From Bacteroidales bacterium (GTDB lineage Bacteria > Bacteroidota > Bacteroidia > Bacteroidales > ML635J-15): a stretch of 64,000 nt of DNA. The DNA lies in NCBI GenBank assembly GCA_027858835.1, contig JAQIBY010000040.1, positions 2,382-66,381 on the forward strand. Reading direction: 5' to 3'. The notes under the pieces were generated by a model. That model searched no databases, was not told where the DNA came from, and saw only the letters and a list, made by a program, of their open reading frames with translations. Each line of letters starts with the position of its first letter. Positions within the stretch are counted from its first letter, which is position 1. Below are positions 9,334 to 16,772 of the stretch, one piece after another. The position numbers and the translations under genes are program-made.

Positions 9334-11718
9334 ATGAATCATATGGACGATTATCAGTTTAAAGGGAAGCGAGTTTTAATTCGCGTCGATTTTAATGTTC
9401 CCATTGATGAAAACGGGAAAATTACGGATGATACTCGGATTGTAACAGCAGTTCCGACAATCCAAAAAGTCTTAACAGAAGGTGGCTCGGCAATTATTAT
9501 GACCCACCTTGGTCGTCCGAAAGGACAATTTAATGAAGCATTAAGTGTAAAACGAATTTCTGATTATGTGGCAGCGATGCTTGGGCGAGAGATTATCGTG
9601 GCTGAGGATTGCATTGGTAAAGAAACTGAGAAATTGGCAGCCTCCCTCAAAAAGGGACAGGTTCTCATGCTTGAAAATCTCCGTTTTTACAATGAAGAAA
9701 CTGCCGGAGATGAGGAGTTTGCAAAAAAACTTGCCAAACTCGGTGATGCCTACATCAATAACGCTTTCGGAACAGCGCACAGAGCCCATGCATCTACATT
9801 TACGATTGCAAAATTTTTCCCATACGATAAAATGTTGGGTTATTTGGTTGAATCGGAAGTTAAGAATATTGATAAACTGCTTAAAAAAGCCAAATCACCG
9901 TTTACAGCAATTATTGGAGGAGCAAAAATCTCGACAAAAATTGATATCATTGAGGCTTTAATGGAGAAAGTGGATAACTTGATTATTGGCGGGGGCATTG
10001 TTTTTACTTTTCTCAAAGCCAAAGGGTTGGAAGTTGGAAATTCCCTGGTTGATGATGAGTATCTGAATGTGGCTCAGCGAATTATGGATACTGCCCGAGA
10101 TCGAAATGTCAAAATTTTTCTTCCTGAGGATGTTTTGATTGCAGACACTTTCAGTAATGAGGCGCAAATTGAACATGTGCCGGTTTCAGCCATTAAACCC
10201 GGCTGGATGGGAATGGATATCGGCGTAAAATCTGCAGAATTGTTTGAACAAGTGATTGAAGATTCCGAAAGCATTTTGTGGAATGGTCCCATGGGGGTGT
10301 TTGAAATGCCCCACTTTGCCTACGGAACATTGAAAACCGGTTTATCTGTGGCTCGTGCAACGGATAAAGGGTCATACAGTCTTGTCGGTGGAGGAGATTC
10401 CATTGCTGCATTGAAAAAGTACGCACTTGAACATAAAATATCTTATGTGTCAACTGCCGGTGGTGCTTTGCTGGAATATATCGAAGGGAAAAAGTTGCCG
10501 AGTTTAAAGGCAATTATGGAAACGCATTCCATTGATGATTATGATTTTCGTGGAAAACGTGCGCTGGTGCGGGTCGATTTTAATGTCCCGATGGATGAAA
10601 ATTTCAATATCACCGATGATACCAGAATTCGTACCGCCATTCCGACTTTACGAAAAATTCTTGCCGAAGGCGCTTCGATTATTTTGTTAACACATATTGG
10701 CAGACCAAAAGGTGAACGGATTGATAAGTATTCTGTTCGTCATATTATTCCGTATGTTTCAGAATTGCTCGGGACAGAAGTGAAATTTGCTGACCGATGC
10801 CGCGGTGATAATACCGAACATATTGCAGAAGCCTTAAAACCCGGCGAAGTGCTGATGCTGGAAAATCTTCGATTTACCAATGAAGAAATTGAGGGCAGTG
10901 AAAAATTTGCCGAAGAATTATCCCGATTAGGAGATGTCTATGTTAACAATGCCTTTGGAACGGCACATCGGGCACATGCATCCACTTATACCATTGCTAA
11001 ATTTTTCCCAGACGACAAGATGCTCGGTTATCTTATCGAAAATGAGATGAATAATATTAATCGGATTTTGCATAAAGCAGAACGTCCGTTTACAACTGTA
11101 ATCGGCGGGTCAAAAATCTCGACAAAAATTAATATCATCCGAGCCTTAATGGACAAAGCCGATAATGTAATCATTGGCGGTGGAATTGCCTTTACCTTTA
11201 TCAAAGCAATGGGAGGACAAATTGGAGACTCTCTCGTTGAGGAAGATTCGCTTGATGTTGCACGTGAAATTCTTGATTATGCTGCCCGGAGTTCAGTAAA
11301 GCTTTACCTGCCAACCGATTGTTTGATTGCGGATGCCTACGAGAATAACCCAAAAATCCGTCATTCCAAAGCAAATAATATCCCTGACGGATGGCGAGGG
11401 CTTGATATCGGTGTGAAAACGGCTGAAACTTATACGAAAGTCATTGAAAACTCCAATGCCATTTTGTGGAACGGTCCAATGGGAGTTTTCGAAATGCCAT
11501 ATTTCAGTAACGGAACCATAAAAATTGCGCTGGCAACTGCTCGTGCAACAGATATGGGAGCCTTTTCACTTGTTGGCGGGGGCGATTCGATTGCTGCGCT
11601 GAAACGATACGGAATGGGACATAAAATTTCATTTGTTTCTACTGCCGGAGGTGCTTTGCTCGAATATATTGAAGGGAAAGAGCTGCCGAGTTTAAAAGCC
11701 ATTCGAACCAAGATATAA
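9334..11718 (+). CDS. pgk: Tandem-fused phosphoglycerate kinase (two complete PGK modules in one ORF)
   Basis: The track ORF 9286-11718 starts at TTG. The first ATG, at 9334, gives MNHMDDYQFKGKRVLIRVDFNVP. Module 1 is 9334-10515 (394 aa) and ends ...GGALLEYIEGKKLPSLKAI. Module 2 starts in frame at ATG 10516 (METHSIDDYDFRGKRALVRVDFNVP) and ends ...LLEYIEGKELPSLKAIRTKI. Both modules carry RVDFNVP, H(L/I)GRPKG, ENLRF, NAFGTAHRAHAS, GG(A/S)KISTKI, WNGPMGVFE and GGGDS. Confidence 0.85.
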   Translation: MNHMDDYQFKGKRVLIRVDFNVPIDENGKITDDTRIVTAVPTIQKVLTEGGSAIIMTHLGRPKGQFNEALSVKRISDYVAAMLGREIIVAEDCIGKETEKLAASLKKGQVLMLENLRFYNEETAGDEEFAKKLAKLGDAYINNAFGTAHRAHASTFTIAKFFPYDKMLGYLVESEVKNIDKLLKKAKSPFTAIIGGAKISTKIDIIEALMEKVDNLIIGGGIVFTFLKAKGLEVGNSLVDDEYLNVAQRIMDTARDRNVKIFLPEDVLIADTFSNEAQIEHVPVSAIKPGWMGMDIGVKSAELFEQVIEDSESILWNGPMGVFEMPHFAYGTLKTGLSVARATDKGSYSLVGGGDSIAALKKYALEHKISYVSTAGGALLEYIEGKKLPSLKAIMETHSIDDYDFRGKRALVRVDFNVPMDENFNITDDTRIRTAIPTLRKILAEGASIILLTHIGRPKGERIDKYSVRHIIPYVSELLGTEVKFADRCRGDNTEHIAEALKPGEVLMLENLRFTNEEIEGSEKFAEELSRLGDVYVNNAFGTAHRAHASTYTIAKFFPDDKMLGYLIENEMNNINRILHKAERPFTTVIGGSKISTKINIIRALMDKADNVIIGGGIAFTFIKAMGGQIGDSLVEEDSLDVAREILDYAARSSVKLYLPTDCLIADAYENNPKIRHSKANNIPDGWRGLDIGVKTAETYTKVIENSNAILWNGPMGVFEMPYFSNGTIKIALATARATDMGAFSLVGGGDSIAALKRYGMGHKISFVSTAGGALLEYIEGKELPSLKAIRTKI

Positions 11719-11751
11719 TTTGCATTTTTTTAACGATAGAAAATTTGTGTT

Positions 11752-13056
11752 ATGGAAATTAATTTACCAAAAATTCAAGATGCCGATTTAAACGGGAAAG
11801 TTGTACTTGTCAGAGTTGATCACAATGTCGTGAAGAAAGGTGAAATTCATGACCCCTACCGGATTGATGCAACCATTGGAACGCTTTATCATATCAATGC
11901 AAAAGGAGGTAAAATTATTTTAATGACGCATGTCGGACGTCCGAAAAATAAAAAAACCGGTGAAATTGAAATCCATGATGATACTTCGGTGAAGCCGATT
12001 GTTGATTATCTCAATAATAAACTGCACATCAATATGAAAATTCCTGAATTTGTACCACATGGTAAAGATGGTTATTTGGGATTGGAAACTTCGATTAATC
12101 ATATGATTCGCGAATTGAGAAGCGGAGACCTCGATGGGATTTATCTGCCGAATACGCGTTGGTTTGCAGGCGAAGAAGCCGAAGGAGAAATTTCTGACCG
12201 CTTTGGTTTGCAGCTTGCCGGCTTGGCTGATGTGTTTGTCAATGATGCATTCGGATCATGGCAGCCTCATACATCAACCGTTAAGGTGAATAATTATCTG
12301 CCGTCTTATGCAGGATATCTTATGCAAAAGGAAATTGCTAATCTGGAGCGTATTTATCAGGCTGAAAATCCGTTTGTAGCTGTTGTTGCAGGAAGTAAAA
12401 TGGACACAAAAATTGATTCGCTGTATGCCTTGCTGAGGATTGCTGATAAACTAGTTTTGGGAGGCGTGATATATAATGCATATCTCTGTGCAAAATATGG
12501 AATTTCAATTAAAGGGGTAGATGATACAAACCTCAAACTTGCCGAGGAATTTGTTAAATATGCCGAGGATTATTCCGATAAGATTTTGGAGTTGGAGTAT
12601 ATCATTGAATCTGATACCCTTGACGGAAAAGAAGAAGGGAAATATCGCATGCATCACATTAAGGATTTAAAATCCGGACAATCATTAAATTATGTGCTAG
12701 ATGTTGCTCCGGAATCTTTTCACAAAGATGATGTTTGTCAGGTGTTTAAATCTGCAAAAACGATATTTATTAATGCCGTGATGGGATTTACGCCGCATTT
12801 TAATGATGGGACAATTGCATTAGATGAGCTTACGGATTCAAATCTTGATGCCGTAAAATTATATGGTGGTGGAGATACAATGCAAGAGCTGAAACGTCTT
12901 TTGCCTGGTTTATATATTGTGGCACTTGACAATCCGAAATATTATATCTTCACCGGAGGCGGTGCTGTTTTAAAAGCAATTCAGGAAGGAACTTATACGG
13001 GACTGGAGCCAGTGAAAGCTCTAGTAAGAAATCGTGAAAATCAAGTGAAACTTTAG
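11752..13056 (+). CDS. Divergent phosphoglycerate-kinase-like paralogue
   Basis: 434 aa, starting 33 nt after the fused pgk stop. It is collinear with PGK but has altered motifs: RVDHNVV, THVGRPKN, NTRWFAGEE, NDAFGSWQPHTS (versus AHRAHAS), AGSKMDTKI, NAVMGFTP (versus NGPMGVFE), GGGDT and FTGGGAVLKAI. Confidence 0.75.
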   Translation: MEINLPKIQDADLNGKVVLVRVDHNVVKKGEIHDPYRIDATIGTLYHINAKGGKIILMTHVGRPKNKKTGEIEIHDDTSVKPIVDYLNNKLHINMKIPEFVPHGKDGYLGLETSINHMIRELRSGDLDGIYLPNTRWFAGEEAEGEISDRFGLQLAGLADVFVNDAFGSWQPHTSTVKVNNYLPSYAGYLMQKEIANLERIYQAENPFVAVVAGSKMDTKIDSLYALLRIADKLVLGGVIYNAYLCAKYGISIKGVDDTNLKLAEEFVKYAEDYSDKILELEYIIESDTLDGKEEGKYRMHHIKDLKSGQSLNYVLDVAPESFHKDDVCQVFKSAKTIFINAVMGFTPHFNDGTIALDELTDSNLDAVKLYGGGDTMQELKRLLPGLYIVALDNPKYYIFTGGGAVLKAIQEGTYTGLEPVKALVRNRENQVKL

Positions 13057-13093
13057 ATTTTACTCGTAAAATCAAGATTTGTTCATTTAATTC

Positions 13094-15607
13094 CTAAAAC
13101 TCTGCCTTGAATTGAAATGCAATAGAGCGAGGCGGCAGCATATTTCCGGGACGTTCCACGTACTCTCTGTTAAATAAATTTCTAACCACCAGTGATGCCT
13201 TAATTGCTTCATTAATTTGCCATCCGAAATGCATATCATAGGTAAGCAAAGGTAAATATTTGTTATATGCATAATAATCTGCGAATCCATTCAAAACCAG
13301 ATTGTTGAATGTCTGAAATCCCGGGTCATCTGATACAAAAATATTATCGAGCGCTAGCATTGGAGAGTGATAAATCATTGATACACCCGTGGAAATTGCT
13401 TTGTATTCCAGTATAATATTTCCTTTTACAGAATGTTTGTATCGATATTTAAGGTAATCTGTATCGCGGTTTTTAGTGTCAATAATCGCATCACGTTCTT
13501 CTTCGCTGTCATATAAGTTGATGGCATCCATATTGGTGAATCCGGCAAATAAAAGCATATCAATATTTTCGGTGATTTTTCCTTTTGCAGAGATTGATAA
13601 ATCAATTCCGAATACTCTCACGTCACCAATATTTTGTGACTGAAAACCCATATTGTCCATTGTCGGTGGGATACTGTCAGCGAGTGGGAGATATGTTTCT
13701 GTATCAAAGAGCCCAAATCCGAACTCCATCATATTATTGTATCTGGAATAAAAGGTTGCAAAATCAGCAAAGCCCTGCCAGCCTTTTCCAATCCGAAATC
13801 CTTGATGCGCTCCCACCTCAATATTCCATCCGGTTTCACTTTCCAAATTTGGATTTGGAAAAACATTTAAAAGTCCGGCAAATGCTGTGGCTGTATATTT
13901 TTCTGCGATACTTGGGAATCGATATCCTTGTCCAAAGCTTGCGCGCAGATTTGTGTATTCAAATAAGCGATAATTGGCACCTGCACGGAACACCGGTTTA
14001 ACCGGAATTTCTATGATATTATCGCCGAGTTCAACGTCAATCATAGATTCTGTTTGTGTGGTGTCAACCCGATAATATTCTCCACGAATTCCCACCGAGG
14101 TTTTTAACCGGCCAAAATTATTGTCGGCCTGAATGTATCCTGCCAAATTGTTGCTAAAATGTTCGCCAAACAGATTTGATTGAATTTCAGAATAGGCATT
14201 TACCGCTCCGGCTGCAATTTTTGTTTTGTCGCCTATGTCAGTTTGATAGCGGTATTCTCCATAAAAAATTTCGCTCTTATTGTTTTTTGTAGTATCAACA
14301 GGAATACGGTTATCAGTAAAGTAATAGCGGGTCCTGATACTATATCTTGAGCCATTCGTTTTGTAATAATAGGCAAAGGGATCGATGTTAATACGATATC
14401 CTTCATTCACGTTAACCGCTCCCGGCATTGCCTCTAATGGTCTTATAACAACAGAATCCATGCCTTCAACATCGGTTAGTTTTTCAGATGTCCACAGGAG
14501 AAAATCTGATTTTACCTGCCCCATAAAATTAGCATTTACTCCATATGCCAGCCCTTCAATACGTTTGCTGCGAAAACGAAGGTTTGTATTAATCCGTGTT
14601 CGCTTATCAAAATTATTTGTACGGTATCCTTCATCAACAAATTGATTTCCTGCAATGACAAAGTCAAAATTGCCAAATTGTTGCATATGCATGAAATTCA
14701 GTCCACTAAACATTGGTTTCGATACCCAGTAAAATGCTTCTTCACGCAGCATAATTGAAGTTGGTGTGTTGCCGTCCTGATAAAAATTATTGTCAGTATA
14801 AAGGTGTGTATCCCATGTTTTTCCGTTAATATATTTAATGGGGTTTTTTGGTTCATTGTAAAATCCGACATTATAAATAATTTTAGTTTTTGATTCTTCT
14901 GTCGGATAAGCAGTACGGATATTGATGACACCATTCATTGCAGAAGATCCATAAAGTACAGATGATGCGCCTTTTAAAACTTCCACTTGTGAAATATTTT
15001 CTACCGGTAAAAAATCCCATTTAACATTGCCTGCATCGGCAGCTAAAATCGGCAGTTCGTCAACAAGTACCAAAACCCGGCTTCCTGCACCATATGACCA
15101 ACCACTTCCGCCGCGAATACTAGGCTGTCCATCGTTCACATCAACACCTGGGATTTTATTAATTGCACTTTCCATGTTGTTGGTGTTTGTGTTTTCTATC
15201 ATTGCCGGTTTAATCACCTGCATCGAAACAGTAACATCAGATAATTTTTGCTCGTATTTTGATGCACTGACAACGATTTCTTCAATAATTTCAGCATTCT
15301 CATGCATGACAAGGTTGATTTCCCGAAAATCATTATCTGCTAATTTGATGGATTTTCCCTGAGTTTTGTAACCTACGTATTGATAGCTGAGTTCGTATTC
15401 GCCCGACTTAAGTTCTAGTGAATAGTTGCCGTCAAAATCACTGATTGTTCCTGTACTAACAGCTCCTTCTTCTTGCTCTATCATGATATTGACACCATAA
15501 AGTCCTTCGTTGTTATCGTCAACAATTTTCCCTTTTATTCCGCTTTGCGCAAAAGTAGATGCTCCAATTATGAGAAATAATACAGTAAGAAATAAATGGT
15601 TTTTCAT
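13094..15607 (-). CDS. TonB-dependent receptor with N-terminal carboxypeptidase-regulatory-like domain
   Basis: The track ORF extends to a TTG at 15613. The ATG at 15607 gives MKNHLFLTVLFLIIGASTFAQ (signal peptide). This is followed by a CarboxypepD_reg-like domain (GIKGKIVDDNNEGLYGVNI), a plug region, and a long beta-barrel ending FQFKAEF (terminal Phe). There is no adjacent SusD-like gene. Confidence 0.85.
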   Translation of the reverse strand: MKNHLFLTVLFLIIGASTFAQSGIKGKIVDDNNEGLYGVNIMIEQEEGAVSTGTISDFDGNYSLELKSGEYELSYQYVGYKTQGKSIKLADNDFREINLVMHENAEIIEEIVVSASKYEQKLSDVTVSMQVIKPAMIENTNTNNMESAINKIPGVDVNDGQPSIRGGSGWSYGAGSRVLVLVDELPILAADAGNVKWDFLPVENISQVEVLKGASSVLYGSSAMNGVINIRTAYPTEESKTKIIYNVGFYNEPKNPIKYINGKTWDTHLYTDNNFYQDGNTPTSIMLREEAFYWVSKPMFSGLNFMHMQQFGNFDFVIAGNQFVDEGYRTNNFDKRTRINTNLRFRSKRIEGLAYGVNANFMGQVKSDFLLWTSEKLTDVEGMDSVVIRPLEAMPGAVNVNEGYRINIDPFAYYYKTNGSRYSIRTRYYFTDNRIPVDTTKNNKSEIFYGEYRYQTDIGDKTKIAAGAVNAYSEIQSNLFGEHFSNNLAGYIQADNNFGRLKTSVGIRGEYYRVDTTQTESMIDVELGDNIIEIPVKPVFRAGANYRLFEYTNLRASFGQGYRFPSIAEKYTATAFAGLLNVFPNPNLESETGWNIEVGAHQGFRIGKGWQGFADFATFYSRYNNMMEFGFGLFDTETYLPLADSIPPTMDNMGFQSQNIGDVRVFGIDLSISAKGKITENIDMLLFAGFTNMDAINLYDSEEERDAIIDTKNRDTDYLKYRYKHSVKGNIILEYKAISTGVSMIYHSPMLALDNIFVSDDPGFQTFNNLVLNGFADYYAYNKYLPLLTYDMHFGWQINEAIKASLVVRNLFNREYVERPGNMLPPRSIAFQFKAEF

Positions 15608-15630
15608 GTCCAATTTAATTGGTTATGAAG

Positions 15631-15638
15631 CAAATTTA
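15631..15638 (-). promoter_or_regulatory. -7 promoter box (TAAATTTG) upstream of the TonB-dependent receptor
   Basis: The reverse strand reads TAAATTTG, 24 nt upstream of the ATG at 15607. Confidence 0.4.
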
Positions 15639-15756
15639 ATAATATTTCTTAAATGGAGGTTTTTCTTTCCCCTGCTTTTATATTGATGTGTCTATTCTGA
15701 CGCATAAAACAGTGTGTAAATTCTGTTTAAAATGTGCCAGTTGGGAAAAGTTATTA

Positions 15757-16044
15757 CTAATCTTCAGGATTCAAATATGCATTTATGCTCGCCACATATT
15801 GTTCAAACGCACTCAGCCCTTTTTCTGTAAGGAGACAACTGGTTTGCGGGTAATTGTTTTTGAAACGTTTTTTTACCTCAATATAGCCCGCATCTTCCAA
15901 CTTTTTGATTTGAACTGATAAATTTCCTGAGCTGGATTCAGTTTGCTTCTTTAAATAACTGAAATCCAATTTTTCATGTTTCACAAGCAAACTGATAATT
16001 GCCAGACGTAATTGAGAATGTAACACGGGATCAAGTTGTTCCAT
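15757..16044 (-). CDS. Small winged-helix transcriptional regulator
   Basis: 95 aa. LRLAIISLL...SYLKKQTESSSGNLSVQIKKLEDAGYIEVKK is an ArsR/MarR-like wHTH. It lies 2 nt downstream of the membrane protein gene on the same strand. Confidence 0.7.
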   Translation of the reverse strand: MEQLDPVLHSQLRLAIISLLVKHEKLDFSYLKKQTESSSGNLSVQIKKLEDAGYIEVKKRFKNNYPQTSCLLTEKGLSAFEQYVASINAYLNPED

Positions 16045-16046
16045 AA

Positions 16047-16661
16047 TTACTGCTTTTTCCGGTTAAACTCGCGTTTTAAAATGTATCCGGGTATGAGATT
16101 AGTTAAAGTAATTCCCAAACCGACAAGCAAAATAATAAAACTGTTGGTTGAAACAATTTCCTTATAATATAATATCATCCATGCAAGCGTAAAAAATCCC
16201 AAAAGATTCGTAAGAAAGCCACAAATAATCATGGGGCGGAAACGCATGATGCGTCCTTCAATGGTTGCTGCAAAGCCGAGTAAAATTAATATAATTCCAG
16301 TACCCATATGTCCAAAGAAAAAGGAAAAACCAAATCCAAGTGCAAATGCGTTTCCCGCAAAAGTCCACCACAGAAATCCGGAAAGCTTGTCTAAAAACCC
16401 TGATTTTCCATGTTTCTTTTTTAATCGGGCAAAATATACCAAAGAATAAATTGCTCCGGGAATTGTGATAAGCCATGTCATCCAGAAAATTTTGTAGAAA
16501 CCTAATTCAAAAAGTGTAAAATGACCAATTGCAGCCAATAATATTAACCAACCCCAAAATCGTAGGATGTGGCCATTGTCGTTCCAGTTTGATTTCCGGC
16601 TTTCAATCATGCGTGAAATGATTTCCATGCTTTCTTGTGGTTGAAGTGTTTTGTTTTCCAT
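16047..16661 (-). CDS. Multi-pass membrane protein of unknown function (co-operonic with the wHTH regulator)
   Basis: 204 aa with about 5-6 hydrophobic helices. No family recognised. Confidence 0.65.
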   Translation of the reverse strand: MENKTLQPQESMEIISRMIESRKSNWNDNGHILRFWGWLILLAAIGHFTLFELGFYKIFWMTWLITIPGAIYSLVYFARLKKKHGKSGFLDKLSGFLWWTFAGNAFALGFGFSFFFGHMGTGIILILLGFAATIEGRIMRFRPMIICGFLTNLLGFFTLAWMILYYKEIVSTNSFIILLVGLGITLTNLIPGYILKREFNRKKQ

Positions 16662-16684
16662 CGTTTTAATAAATTAGTTCGACA

Positions 16685-16704
16685 CAAATGTAAACAAGTT
16701 TACA
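16685..16704 (-). promoter_or_regulatory. Candidate promoter and operator: -7 box TACATTTG overlapping the palindrome TGTAAAC-NN-GTTTACA
   Basis: The reverse strand reads TGTAAACTTGTTTACATTTG. The 7+7 inverted repeat (16689-16704) shares bases with the -7 box (16685-16692), 24 nt upstream of the ATG at 16661. Confidence 0.45.
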
Positions 16705-16724
16705 ATATAAACCAAATTTATTTT

Positions 16725-16757
16725 AAAAAGACTGCCTAGTTGAGCAGCCTTTTTTTA
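16725..16757 (-). terminator. Hairpin flanked by A-run and T-run, downstream of the 1431-aa T9SS gene
   Basis: aaaaagactgcctagttgagcagccttttttt: an imperfect 8-bp stem flanked by an A-run and a T-run, so it could act in both directions. Confidence 0.5.
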
Positions 16758-16772
16758 TATGGTATTGGTTTT

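Noticed and set aside
9286-11718. Whether the PGK-PGK ORF is an assembly collapse or a mis-join of one gene
   Set aside because: The two halves differ at many amino-acid and nucleotide positions throughout, and both are full length, so this is not a duplicated read artefact. A single-base error that removed a stop at the junction cannot be excluded without reads. The junction shows no near-stop codon in frame.
13094-15607. The TonB-dependent receptor as part of a polysaccharide utilisation locus
   Set aside because: There is no adjacent SusD-like lipoprotein and there are no glycoside hydrolases. It appears to be a stand-alone receptor.
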